A stretch of 64,000 nt of DNA from an uncultured Candidatus Saccharibacteria bacterium (GTDB lineage: Bacteria; Patescibacteriota; Minisyncoccia; UBA6257; Colwellbacteraceae): contig CAZXPC010000001.1 in the NCBI GenBank assembly GCA_964643135.1, forward strand, positions 39,726 through 103,725, given 5' to 3'. Position 1 is the stretch's first letter; each line of letters opens with the position of its first letter. A model generated the notes under the pieces. That model saw only the letters and a list, made by a program, of their open reading frames with translations, was not told the DNA's origin and did no database searches. Positions 8,682 through 17,539 of the stretch are shown one piece after another. Position numbers and translations under genes: made by a program.

Positions 8682-9712
8682 AGAAAACTATATTTGTGGG
8701 CCTCTCGGGCGGGGTAGATTCCTCGGTGGCGGCCTATCTGCTCTTGAAACAGGGCTACCGTGTCGTGGGTGTTCATATGCGTTGCTGGAATGAGGGTGAC
8801 TGTGATGTCGAAGAAGCTGAATATGCCCGCCGCGTGGCTGAGCACTTAGGCATACCGTTCTACCTTTTCGATCTAGAAAAGGAATATAAAAAGGCGGTTG
8901 TCGACTACATGATTAAGGGCTACAAAGAGGGAATCACGCCAAACCCGGACGTTATGTGTAACCGCGAAATTAAGTTCGGTGTCTTTTTGAAGAAAGCGAT
9001 CGAACTCGGTGCCGACTATATGGCAACCGGCCATTATGTGAAGCGGATTGGCAATAAACTCGCGATCGCCAAAGATCTTTCAAAAGACCAATCATATTTC
9101 TTATGGACTTTGACTGAAGCGCAGATCAAGCGTTCGCTTTTCCCAATTGGGGACTGTCAGAAGAAAGATGTGCGTAAAATTGCTAAGAGAATTGGCTTGC
9201 CGACTTGGAACAAGAAAGATTCGCAGGGTATTTGCTTTATTGGCCAGGTTTCGATTAAAGATTTTTTAAAACGCTATATTAAAGGCAAGCTAGGCAATAT
9301 TGTTGATGAAAAAGGGAATGTATTGGGCCATCACGAGGGCGCACAGTTTTATACCATCGGCCAGAGACATGGCTTAAATATCGGCGGCAGCGACTTGCCG
9401 TATTATATAAAAGCCAAGAATATCAAAAAGAATTTGCTGATTGTGGCTAAGGGTGAAGCCAATCCAGCGTTGTACCGCAAAGAAATTAAACTAGCGCAGG
9501 TAAACTTGAACCAAGTCGTTCCGAAATCTGGACTTAAAGTCATGACGCGGGTTCGCTACCGCCAGCCGTTGTTTACGGCTCGTTTCTATCAGCTATCAGC
9601 TAAAAGCTATCAGCTTATCTTTGACGTCAGTCAAAAGTTTATTGCCCCGGGCCAATCGGCCGTAATATACGACAAAAAGGGAATTATGCTCGGCGGGGGA
9701 GCCATTCTGTAA
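8666..9712 (+). CDS. mnmA: tRNA-specific 2-thiouridylase
   Basis: PP-loop SGGVDSSVAAYLL. C(101)-containing NPDVMCN motif. MnmA-typical length (348 aa). The start overlaps the divergent comEC start. Confidence 0.9.
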   Translation: MKKKSKKTIFVGLSGGVDSSVAAYLLLKQGYRVVGVHMRCWNEGDCDVEEAEYARRVAEHLGIPFYLFDLEKEYKKAVVDYMIKGYKEGITPNPDVMCNREIKFGVFLKKAIELGADYMATGHYVKRIGNKLAIAKDLSKDQSYFLWTLTEAQIKRSLFPIGDCQKKDVRKIAKRIGLPTWNKKDSQGICFIGQVSIKDFLKRYIKGKLGNIVDEKGNVLGHHEGAQFYTIGQRHGLNIGGSDLPYYIKAKNIKKNLLIVAKGEANPALYRKEIKLAQVNLNQVVPKSGLKVMTRVRYRQPLFTARFYQLSAKSYQLIFDVSQKFIAPGQSAVIYDKKGIMLGGGAIL

Positions 9713-9857
9713 GAGGTGTCACCTCGTCAGTTACCGAATAACCACCCAAGGGGAAGCCTTGGCAGCATATCTTGACGGAGTAGTGTTGCTGTGTTACGAT
9801 GGCTCCACGCTAAGAAAGGGAGTAAATCCCCTAAATTGGCGGTAGGATTGACCCACT

Positions 9858-10499
9858 ATGAAGATCAGATCAGTTGCGCTGACGGCTCTGTTGGCGCTGA
9901 CGATGACGACGCTCATCTGGCCCGCGAACTTGGCGAGCGGCGAAGGCAACTCGACGGCTGGCCAGACGCATACAGGCCACATGAGTGGCACGAACGTGAT
10001 GACTGACCTGCAGCTGCAGGCGATGAACGAAGCCAGACTCGCTACGATCCAGAAGCCCAGCTCGTCTGATTCGGCTCAGGGAGTGCCCGTGGCCGATCTG
10101 CGGAAGGCAACTCAGCAGGACACCTGCGGATCGAAGATCAACCAGCCTGACGATCGGCTACCCCAGGGAGCTGGCCTCGTGAGTAGCAGTAAGGGCTACA
10201 AGGCGGGCGAGCGGACCGCGTGGATGACGATTCCCGAAGGGATGAATCTCTATGCTACGGCTCTCGACAAGCCGTTCTGGATGTTCAGCCGCTACAGCGA
10301 GGAGAGCGTTCTTCCAAACGGCGGACGCAGCTACCAAGACGGCTTCCAGTACAGCCCATGCCATGGTTGGTCCTGGCAGTGGGTTGCGGCCGGCTGGACT
10401 CACCAGATCTACCTGCAGGCTGCCGAGAACAACACGAACTTCTATGTCGTTCTCGTCCCTGATCAACAAGGTACGTGCAGTAACGATTGCGGTGGCTGA
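9858..10499 (+). CDS. GC-rich island gene G1: secreted protein of unknown function (signal peptide, several Cys)
   Basis: N-terminal MKIRSVALTALLALTMTTLIWPANLASG signal peptide. Codons are strongly GC3-biased (cgc/gcg/ctg/acg), unlike the backbone. Own promoter-like TTGACG-17-TACGAT at about 9770-9798. Hairpin plus CTCTTTTTT terminator at about 10536-10578. Confidence 0.6.
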   Translation: MKIRSVALTALLALTMTTLIWPANLASGEGNSTAGQTHTGHMSGTNVMTDLQLQAMNEARLATIQKPSSSDSAQGVPVADLRKATQQDTCGSKINQPDDRLPQGAGLVSSSKGYKAGERTAWMTIPEGMNLYATALDKPFWMFSRYSEESVLPNGGRSYQDGFQYSPCHGWSWQWVAAGWTHQIYLQAAENNTNFYVVLVPDQQGTCSNDCGG

Positions 10500-10711
10500 A
10501 GCCAACAACAGTTCTTCGAAGGACTAAGTCCTTCACCCCTATGACGGTTTCCACCAACATGGAAATCTCAAGGGGCTCTTTTTTATTCAGGGCTTGACAG
10601 TATATAAAAGATTGTGTTAACATATCGCCGTTCTTAGAACCTTAAGAAAGACATATTCTGGCTGGCGAAAGGGAGGTAATTACAAGCTTTATCTTACTTT
10701 CGCCCGTCAGG

Positions 10712-11344
10712 ATGGGCATGTGGTATGTTATGAGGACTACGTCGATCGCGATCGCATTCGGAGCGCTCATGCTGCTCGCTGTTATGCCGATGAACACCGC
10801 CAGCGCCGGTATCTCCGCACCGTACGGGGATTGCAAGGTCAGCGACCTGCTGATCTGCGCCGCAGACAGCACGTACAATTGTCCCAGCAACCCGCCCCAG
10901 CAACCCGACAGAAGCGGCGGGATGTATGGCAGGACACAGACACCTGCCAGCGTGCTGATCGGAAGCCAGAACATCCCTACGATCAACAACTGGAACTACG
11001 ACGAATTTCCTGGCATGGTCATCCATATGTTCACGGTCATGTCGACGTGTGGGCACGCAGCTACGGTCTGCACCGTCCCGCCGGCGGGGTATGAAACTGC
11101 CCAGGGAGGCTATTGTATGGGAGTCACGAGGTCGTGGTTCCAGCAAGGCAGTCCAGATTCCTTTTGGTTCCAGGCGCCGACGTCCACTTACTGCCACGCT
11201 TATTACAATGACTGCGTGCCGAGTGAAGCGGTGACGGTTCGGCTCGATGCGAACCTTGAGACGCCTCTTCCAGCAGTCTTGGTCGTAGCTGGAAACCTGA
11301 ATCAGTACTACTACAGCTGCGGCTGCGGTAATGCGGCTCCTTGA
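10712..11344 (+). CDS. GC-rich island gene G2: secreted cysteine-rich protein of unknown function
   Basis: Signal peptide MRTTSIAIAFGALMLLAVMPMNTASA. 14 Cys in mature part. GC3-rich codons. Terminator hairpin plus GGGCTCTTTTTT at about 11383-11424. Confidence 0.6.
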   Translation: MGMWYVMRTTSIAIAFGALMLLAVMPMNTASAGISAPYGDCKVSDLLICAADSTYNCPSNPPQQPDRSGGMYGRTQTPASVLIGSQNIPTINNWNYDEFPGMVIHMFTVMSTCGHAATVCTVPPAGYETAQGGYCMGVTRSWFQQGSPDSFWFQAPTSTYCHAYYNDCVPSEAVTVRLDANLETPLPAVLVVAGNLNQYYYSCGCGNAAP

Positions 11345-11495
11345 AGCTCGCACCCAAAAGTCCTGTGAAATATCAGGCACCCCGTCCTAGCGAAACCTAT
11401 CTACATGGGAATCGCTAGGCGGGCTCTTTTTTACTCAAAAATAAATTTCTTGCCAAAAGCTCTGTACGGGTGTAACCATTATAGAGAGGATAAGG

Positions 11496-11738
11496 ATGCC
11501 GGAACCCGCTCAAGAGCTGAAGAGGCTCATCCAAGATCTTGCCAAGGAACTTGGCCCGGAATACAGGATCATTCTGGTGACGCGCAAGGGGGTCCGTCGA
11601 TTCCTCTTCCTTGCGTTCCTAGTCATCTTTGCGGCTTTTGTGCTCGGGCACGTGGCCGGGATGACGCTTGCCCAGAAGGTTTGTGACGGCGGCTGGCTCG
11701 GCGACTTCGCGTACGGTAATTGTCCGCGGAAGCCTTAG
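11496..11738 (+). CDS. GC-rich island gene G3: small single-pass membrane protein
   Basis: 80 aa. GAGAGGA Shine-Dalgarno-like sequence 6-7 nt upstream. Hydrophobic helix FLFLAFLVIFAAFVLGHVAG. Hairpin plus GGGCCTTTTTT terminator at about 11768-11800. Confidence 0.45.
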   Translation: MPEPAQELKRLIQDLAKELGPEYRIILVTRKGVRRFLFLAFLVIFAAFVLGHVAGMTLAQKVCDGGWLGDFAYGNCPRKP

Positions 11739-11857
11739 CGCGGTCGCAAGCCACTCAGGGCACTGCCCCCCCGCTCCAAGATCTGGAACGGGCCTTTTTT
11801 ATTTTTGCTGCGCGGTTTTGATACTTTTGAGTTTTTCATATAATATGGAACTTACTT

Positions 11858-13189
11858 ATGAGAATATTAACGAGGGATCTTATTACTAAGACTGGCGAGA
11901 CGGTTAAAGTTGCCGGCTGGGTCAATGCGCGGCGCGACCAAGGCAAGATTATTTTTATTGATCTTCGGGACAGAAGAGGCATTGTTCAGGTGGTGATGAC
12001 ACCGAAAAATGAGGCGGTTTATACTATTGCCAAAGAATTGCGCGGCGAGTGGGTGATCGAAATCGTGGGCGTGGTTAAAGAACGCCCGGCCGCGATGGTC
12101 AATCCGAACATTGCAACCGGTAAAATAGAAATTCAGGTGAGCGAGCTAAAAGTTTTAGCTAAGGCCGAGCCTTTGCCGTTTGATTTACACGAGCGAGAGT
12201 TAAACCTCGAGCTCACAACTCAGCTCGACCACCGCGCGCTGCTTTTGCGCCACCCGCGCTTACAGGCAATTTTTAAAGTCCAGGCGGTGATTATCGATTC
12301 ATTTAGAGAATTTTTGAAATCGCAAGAATTTGTGGAGTTCCAGGCGCCGTGCATTACGCCGGCCACAGCCGAGGGGGGAGCAGAAGTTTTCCAGATCAAC
12401 TATTTCGATAAAAAGGCATATCTGACGCAATCGCCGCAGCTATATAAACAGATCGTGATGACCACTTTTGAAAGAGTTTTTTCGGTCAATAAAGTTTTCC
12501 GGGCTGAGCCATCGGCTACAACCAGGCACTTGACCGAGATTGTCTCGCTCGACGCCGAGATGGGCTTTATCGAGTCGTGGCAAGATGTGCGTGACATGTC
12601 TGAAGCGACTGTGAGATATGTTTTAAAACAAGTTGGCGAAAAATGTGCCGAAGAACTTAAAATAGTGGGCGCGACACTGCCGGTTATGATAGATAAGACG
12701 CCGACATATTCCTTAACCGAGGCGCAGGAGAAGATCTTCGCCGCAACCGGCAAAGATGTTCGCGGTGAGAAGGATCTGAATCCGGAAGATGAGCGCGCCA
12801 TTTGCGAAATAGTTAAGAAAGAAACCGGCTCCGATTTTGTTTATGTTTATGGCTACCCGACCAAGAAAAAGCCATTTTATGTCTACCCGAATCCGGATAA
12901 GCCGGAGTTCAATGAAGGCATGGACTTACTCTGCCGCGGCGTGGAGTGGCTGTCGGGCGGGCGGCGCGTCAACGATTACGAACAGCTCATGAGGCATGTT
13001 AAAGAGTGGGGCATGGACCCCGCTAAGATCGAGATGTTTTTAGAAGCGTTTCGGTACGGCGCGCCGCCTGAAGGCGGGTTCGCCCTGGGCGCGGAGCGGA
13101 TGACGATGCAAATCTTGGAACTCGCGAACGTGCGTGAAGCCGCGATGTTCCCGCGCGACATGAACAGAATTGATAAATCTCTGAATTGA
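11858..13189 (+). CDS. aspS: Aspartate--tRNA ligase, short archaeal/eukaryotic-type class IIb (possibly non-discriminating)
   Basis: 443 aa. N-terminal OB-fold. Motif 2 VFRAEPSATTRHLTEIVSLDAEMGF resembles archaeal-type AspRS more than AsnRS. QSPQLYKQ flipping loop. Motif 3 GGFALGAERMTM. Confidence 0.75.
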   Translation: MRILTRDLITKTGETVKVAGWVNARRDQGKIIFIDLRDRRGIVQVVMTPKNEAVYTIAKELRGEWVIEIVGVVKERPAAMVNPNIATGKIEIQVSELKVLAKAEPLPFDLHERELNLELTTQLDHRALLLRHPRLQAIFKVQAVIIDSFREFLKSQEFVEFQAPCITPATAEGGAEVFQINYFDKKAYLTQSPQLYKQIVMTTFERVFSVNKVFRAEPSATTRHLTEIVSLDAEMGFIESWQDVRDMSEATVRYVLKQVGEKCAEELKIVGATLPVMIDKTPTYSLTEAQEKIFAATGKDVRGEKDLNPEDERAICEIVKKETGSDFVYVYGYPTKKKPFYVYPNPDKPEFNEGMDLLCRGVEWLSGGRRVNDYEQLMRHVKEWGMDPAKIEMFLEAFRYGAPPEGGFALGAERMTMQILELANVREAAMFPRDMNRIDKSLN

Positions 13190-13227
13190 TGATTAAATAG
13201 GCTAACTCAATTAAAAAATAAAAACAC

Positions 13228-13824
13228 ATGAAGAAAGAAAGGACATTGGTGGTGGTGAAGCCGGACGGAATACAGAGAAGTCTGATAGGAGAAATAATCA
13301 GCCGCTATGAACGCGCCGGCTTGAAGCTTGTCGGCATGAAAATGGTTACCGTTACGCCGGAATTTATTGAAAAGCACTACACGCTCGATCCGAATTGGCG
13401 CCGCGTAACCGGCGAGAAGACGATTGCCTCATACAAGTCTAAAGGCCAAACTCCGCCGTCTGAGGATCCGCTCGCGATTACGGCTGTGATTTTGGCTAAC
13501 CTCAAGAAATATATGTCGGCCGGCCCGGTTGTGGCCATGGTTTGGCAGGGCGTGCACGCAGCCGGCATAATCCGGAAACTGACCGGCGGCACCGAGCCTC
13601 TTTCATCTGACGTCGGTTCGATTCGCGGCGATTACACGATTGATTCGTATCAGCTGGCCGATGTCGACAAACGCGCGGTCCGCAACTTGGTTCACGCTTC
13701 AGGCAACGCCCAAGAAGCCGAGCAGGAGATTAAACACTGGTTCAAACCTGAAGAGTTAATTGACTACCGCTTGATTTCTGACGAAATTCTCTACGACGTA
13801 AACTTGGACGGGATCCTGGAATAG
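13228..13824 (+). CDS. ndk: Nucleoside diphosphate kinase (with internal insertion)
   Basis: ERTLVVVKPDGIQRSLIGEIISRYERAGLKLVGMKM N-terminus. Active-site region NLVHASGN. 198 aa, longer than the canonical ~140. Confidence 0.85.
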   Translation: MKKERTLVVVKPDGIQRSLIGEIISRYERAGLKLVGMKMVTVTPEFIEKHYTLDPNWRRVTGEKTIASYKSKGQTPPSEDPLAITAVILANLKKYMSAGPVVAMVWQGVHAAGIIRKLTGGTEPLSSDVGSIRGDYTIDSYQLADVDKRAVRNLVHASGNAQEAEQEIKHWFKPEELIDYRLISDEILYDVNLDGILE

Positions 13825-13974
13825 AGATTTGGTATAATATATTTAGTCCCACCAATAATAGATTCCGGCTCGCAAATTATAAGGGAGGGCGAACTTGATT
13901 CGAGTCCTTGGACTCTGAACTTAGCCCACCATCATGGCGTTAGCGCCGAGGAATCAGGTGGGATTTGAGGTTAT

Positions 13975-15144
13975 ATGAGAGTTAGTTATAGAATATTAGG
14001 GATGTTCAAGAAATTTCTGCCTCAAATTGCGATTGCCTTGGTCGGCGCGGGAGCGCTCGGCGGGTTTTTTGTGTGGAAGAATATTTCTTTGCCGGATTCA
14101 GCTTCGGGCGTCGCCTTGCCCGTGCTTGACTACAGTCATATGCCGATTCTTTCGATCGTCAAGAACGAAGATGTTCTGAGGCCGGCTATAAAACAGCTGG
14201 GCACCAAAGCTCTGATGGCAAAATTAGTAGCGGAATCGAACGGCGGCTCGGCTTTCGATTGTCACCAGGAAGCTCACGCGATCGGGCGGCTGGCTTACGA
14301 GATTTATAAACAATTGGCTTTCGGCGACTGCGATGCTTCGTGCCACTCGGGGTGTTACCACGGCGCGATGGAGCGATTCTTGAACGAAAAAGGGACGGCC
14401 GACCTTGCCGCCAATATCGACTCCGTCTGCAGCTCCTTTAAGACCAGTTTCAGCAATTTTGAGTGTCTGCATGGCGTCGGCCACGGACTCTTAGCCTACG
14501 AAGATTATGATATGCCGTTTGCGATCCAAGAGTGCCAGAAGTTGAAAGATGCTTTCAGCACCGACTCATGTTACGGCGGCATGTTTATGGAAAATATTTT
14601 AACTGCTCAAGGCCTGGGCGCCAGTCAGAAGGTTTTTCATGCCACGAAGTGGGCCAATAAAACCGATCCGCTCTACCCGTGCGATAAGTTGGATCAGACT
14701 AATTACGATTTGCAGTATCAGTGCTATGAGATGCAGACAAGTTGGATGCTCACGATCTACGGTTATGATTTTAAGCCGGTGAAGGCTGAGTGCTTAAAGG
14801 CGCCGCAGAATATGATTCCGGTTTGTTTCAAGAGTTTCGGCCGGGACGCCGCGGGTAATTCCTTGCGCAATCCGGTGACCATGAAATCAACGTGCGGCAT
14901 GGTGCCGGCGGGAGATTATTATGACCAATGCGTAATCGGCGCGGTCAATGTCGTAGTGGATTTTTGGGGGCCGGCTCTGAAGGGTCAGGCGGCTGATTTT
15001 TGTAAAATATTAACCGGTGAAGGGAAAGACACATGTTATTCTACTCTGGCGGGGAGGTTGCCCGGCTTGTTCTCTTCTCATGACGACCAGGCGGCTGCTT
15101 GCGCTACATTTGAGGATAAATATCAAAAATATTGTAAAATTTAA
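13975..15144 (+). CDS. Membrane-anchored cysteine/histidine-rich protein of unknown function
   Basis: N-terminal TM helix. About 24 Cys. Duplicated C.HxxxHxxxxLAYE motif (DCHQEAHAIGRLAYE / ECLHGVGHGLLAYE) suggests metal binding. A 2-nt gap to the next ORF suggests an operon. Confidence 0.6.
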   Translation: MRVSYRILGMFKKFLPQIAIALVGAGALGGFFVWKNISLPDSASGVALPVLDYSHMPILSIVKNEDVLRPAIKQLGTKALMAKLVAESNGGSAFDCHQEAHAIGRLAYEIYKQLAFGDCDASCHSGCYHGAMERFLNEKGTADLAANIDSVCSSFKTSFSNFECLHGVGHGLLAYEDYDMPFAIQECQKLKDAFSTDSCYGGMFMENILTAQGLGASQKVFHATKWANKTDPLYPCDKLDQTNYDLQYQCYEMQTSWMLTIYGYDFKPVKAECLKAPQNMIPVCFKSFGRDAAGNSLRNPVTMKSTCGMVPAGDYYDQCVIGAVNVVVDFWGPALKGQAADFCKILTGEGKDTCYSTLAGRLPGLFSSHDDQAAACATFEDKYQKYCKI

Positions 15145-15146
15145 GA

Positions 15147-15557
15147 ATGAAAGCAAATTTCAAAATCAGCGCGCCGGTTATCTTAGGCCTAATAGTTCTG
15201 TCGGGGATCGGCGTTTATGTTTTTTTCGGCCAGCAATTATTTTCCAATGACTTGGCGTCGGCCAATAGCCAAAGCGCCGCAGTGGTGGTTACTATGAATA
15301 ACGATGCATATAGCTCGACTGATATCACTGTTAAGCAGGGCCAAGCGGTTAAGTTCGTAAATGAGTCAAACGAAGATTATTGGCCGGCTTCAAACATTCA
15401 CCCCGACCACACGATTTACCCGGAGTTCGACCCGAGGAGGCCGGTCCATCCCGGTGAGAGCTGGTCATTTAAATTCGACAAAATTGGCTCATGGCGCTTC
15501 CACGATCACTTACACTATCCAGATATCACGGGCGTCATCAACGTTGAGCCGAATTAG
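15147..15557 (+). CDS. Membrane-anchored cupredoxin-like (plastocyanin/amicyanin-fold) protein
   Basis: N-terminal TM helix. C-terminal H..H...H/H..P pattern (HPDHTIYPEFD ... WRFHDHLHYPDITGVINV) reminiscent of type-1 copper sites. Size is 136 aa. Confidence 0.5.
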   Translation: MKANFKISAPVILGLIVLSGIGVYVFFGQQLFSNDLASANSQSAAVVVTMNNDAYSSTDITVKQGQAVKFVNESNEDYWPASNIHPDHTIYPEFDPRRPVHPGESWSFKFDKIGSWRFHDHLHYPDITGVINVEPN

Positions 15558-16144
15558 GCTAATTTCTTCGAGACAACGCTCCAGTCGACGGCCTTCATAA
15601 AAGATTCGATGTAGTCGGCGCGTTTTAGGCCGTAGTCAGTTATGTAGGCGTGTTCAAAAACATCGATTGGCAGAAGTATCTGGCATCCGCCCAAGTGGCC
15701 TAAGTCGTGTTCGTTAATCCAAACATTGAACAATCGGTTAGCATCGGGGTCGTGGTAGAGAATCGCCCAGCCGATGCCGCGCATAGCAGCGGTTGTTTTG
15801 TAGTCGGTTTCCCAAGCTTCATATGAGCCAAAATCTTCAATGATTTTTTTATAGAGCGGAGATGAACTATCGATTGCCATGCCGCCGTTTTTCATCGCGC
15901 CAAAATAGTGCTCGTGGATGCGCATGCCGTTAAATTCCCAGCCGAAGCGGCGCTTTAGTTCGTTATATTCCGGTGACGACGGCGTACCCGCTTTAAGATC
16001 TTTGGATATAGCAGCCAGTTTCTCGAGCAGTGTGTTCACGTTTTTAACGTAGCCCTGATAAAGCGTGAAATGGTTTTTTAGTGCGGCGTCGCTAAAACCG
16101 GGAGTTCCTATTAATGAGTCGTAATTTTTTGGTGAGTATTGCAT
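15554..16144 (-). CDS. Superoxide dismutase, Fe/Mn family
   Basis: HHTKHH-equivalent N-terminal region (KNHFTLYQGYV). C-terminal DVFEHAYITDY matches the Fe/Mn-SOD D-x-WEHAYY signature. 196 aa. Confidence 0.9.
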   Translation of the reverse strand: MQYSPKNYDSLIGTPGFSDAALKNHFTLYQGYVKNVNTLLEKLAAISKDLKAGTPSSPEYNELKRRFGWEFNGMRIHEHYFGAMKNGGMAIDSSSPLYKKIIEDFGSYEAWETDYKTTAAMRGIGWAILYHDPDANRLFNVWINEHDLGHLGGCQILLPIDVFEHAYITDYGLKRADYIESFMKAVDWSVVSKKLA

Positions 16145-16249
16145 AGGGTTTATAAATTTGCTTTTTATTATACCATTTCTCTTGAAGACGTTCGCCTCAA
16201 AGAAGATTTACAAAAGAGCGGCGCTAAGGCTATAATAATTCAATAATTC

Positions 16250-16912
16250 ATGGCTGAAAAAGAGGAGGCAAAATCTAAGAATCAAGAACCTGCCGCCGCG
16301 GCAAAGAAGAGCAAACCGAAAGTTCCAAAATATCCTTTTACCCGCTGGGGTGCGGCTGTTTTGCATGAACCGACTAAGCCGGTTGAAATGAGTTACCTCA
16401 AAACTGGCGAGTTTCGAGACGTAACTAACCGGATGATTGCCAAACTCAAAGATACGGGCTGGGGATTGGCCGCTAACCAGATCGGTTTGCCGCTCAAAAT
16501 GGCTCTCGTTTGGATCGAACCGATTCCGAAACATCCTGAATTTCAGCCGCTTCCGCCGACATTCTTAATCAATCCAACTATTTTAGAGCGCTCGGAGGAA
16601 TTGCAGTATGGCTGGGAGGGCTGTCTCAGCTGCCCGGGTGTGCGTTTTTATATCCCGCGGCCGGAGTGGATAAAAGTTAAATATACCAATCAGAACGGCG
16701 AAGAAATTCAGGAACAGGTGGAGGGCCTTTGGTCAGTTTTGTATAGCCACGAGATCGACCATCTTTACGGCCGAGTTTGTGGGGAGCGAGTTATGACGGT
16801 TAACGGCGAGGTGGTTCAGGGCGCGATCGTTTCCGACTATGAATATTTCAAAAATCCTAGGAAAGTTCCGATGGGAGCTCTCGGCCTCGTAAAATCAGAA
16901 GAAATTAACTAA
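16250..16912 (+). CDS. def: Peptide deformylase (copy 1, Lys-rich N-terminal extension)
   Basis: Motif I GLAANQIGLPLKMALV. Motif II EGCLSCPG. Motif III HEIDHLYG. TATAAT box 11 nt upstream of ATG. Confidence 0.85.
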   Translation: MAEKEEAKSKNQEPAAAAKKSKPKVPKYPFTRWGAAVLHEPTKPVEMSYLKTGEFRDVTNRMIAKLKDTGWGLAANQIGLPLKMALVWIEPIPKHPEFQPLPPTFLINPTILERSEELQYGWEGCLSCPGVRFYIPRPEWIKVKYTNQNGEEIQEQVEGLWSVLYSHEIDHLYGRVCGERVMTVNGEVVQGAIVSDYEYFKNPRKVPMGALGLVKSEEIN

Positions 16913-16919
16913 ACAAAAA

Positions 16920-17534
16920 ATGGCCGCCAAGAAAAACAAAAGAGGTGACACGATCGGGCGTTTGCCGCAGTGGAATGATGACGTTTTAAGGAATTCCGCC
17001 AACGAAGTCCCTTTGGCCTATCTGAAGACGAGTGAATTTAAGAGTGTGGTCAAAAGAATGTTTTCGATGATTAAGTGGGCGGTCGGTTTAGCCGCCAACC
17101 AGATCGGCGTGCCGCTTCGGATAGCCGTTATTGAGATTAAGAGAACTGCAACTAGGCCGGACATTACGCCTGTTCCTCCGTCGGTGATTGTTAACCCGGT
17201 GATACTTAAATATTCTAAAGAGCTCCAGTACGGCTGGGAGGGTTGCATCAGCATGCCGCGGCCGGGTCTGTTTTTCTTTGTGCCGAGAGCGAAGCGCATC
17301 AAAGTCAGGTATTTTAATGAGAAGGGGGAAAAGGTAACTAAAGAGTTGAATGGGTTTCCGGCTATAGTTTTCCAGCACGAGATCGATCACTTGAATGGCA
17401 AGTTCTGCGGCGAGCAGGTTATGGTTTTAAACGGCCATGTTCCCAAAGGAGCCATTCTTACCAGAAAGGAATATAAGAAGAATCCTCGGCAGATTCCCGA
17501 GGGAGTTAGGCATCTGGTAAAAAAGTTAAATTAA
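16920..17534 (+). CDS. def: Peptide deformylase (copy 2, tandem paralog)
   Basis: GLAANQIGVPLRIAVI, EGCISMPR and HEIDHLNG motifs. Confidence 0.85.
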   Translation: MAAKKNKRGDTIGRLPQWNDDVLRNSANEVPLAYLKTSEFKSVVKRMFSMIKWAVGLAANQIGVPLRIAVIEIKRTATRPDITPVPPSVIVNPVILKYSKELQYGWEGCISMPRPGLFFFVPRAKRIKVRYFNEKGEKVTKELNGFPAIVFQHEIDHLNGKFCGEQVMVLNGHVPKGAILTRKEYKKNPRQIPEGVRHLVKKLN

Positions 17535-17539
17535 TTTGA

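Noticed and set aside
10158-11380. Multiple overlapping ORFs on both strands in island A (10158-10508 -, 10220-10462 +, 10252-10527 +, 10285-10623 -, 10642-10989 -, 10694-11380 -, 10720-11094 +)
   Set aside because: High GC suppresses stop codons in all frames. Only the two frames with signal peptides and GC3-skewed codons (9858-10499 and 10712-11344) are credible.
13880-13945. Possible tRNA suggested by a TTCGAGTCC T-loop-like sequence
   Set aside because: No acceptor, D or anticodon arms can be built around it. The hairpins are better explained as leader structure.
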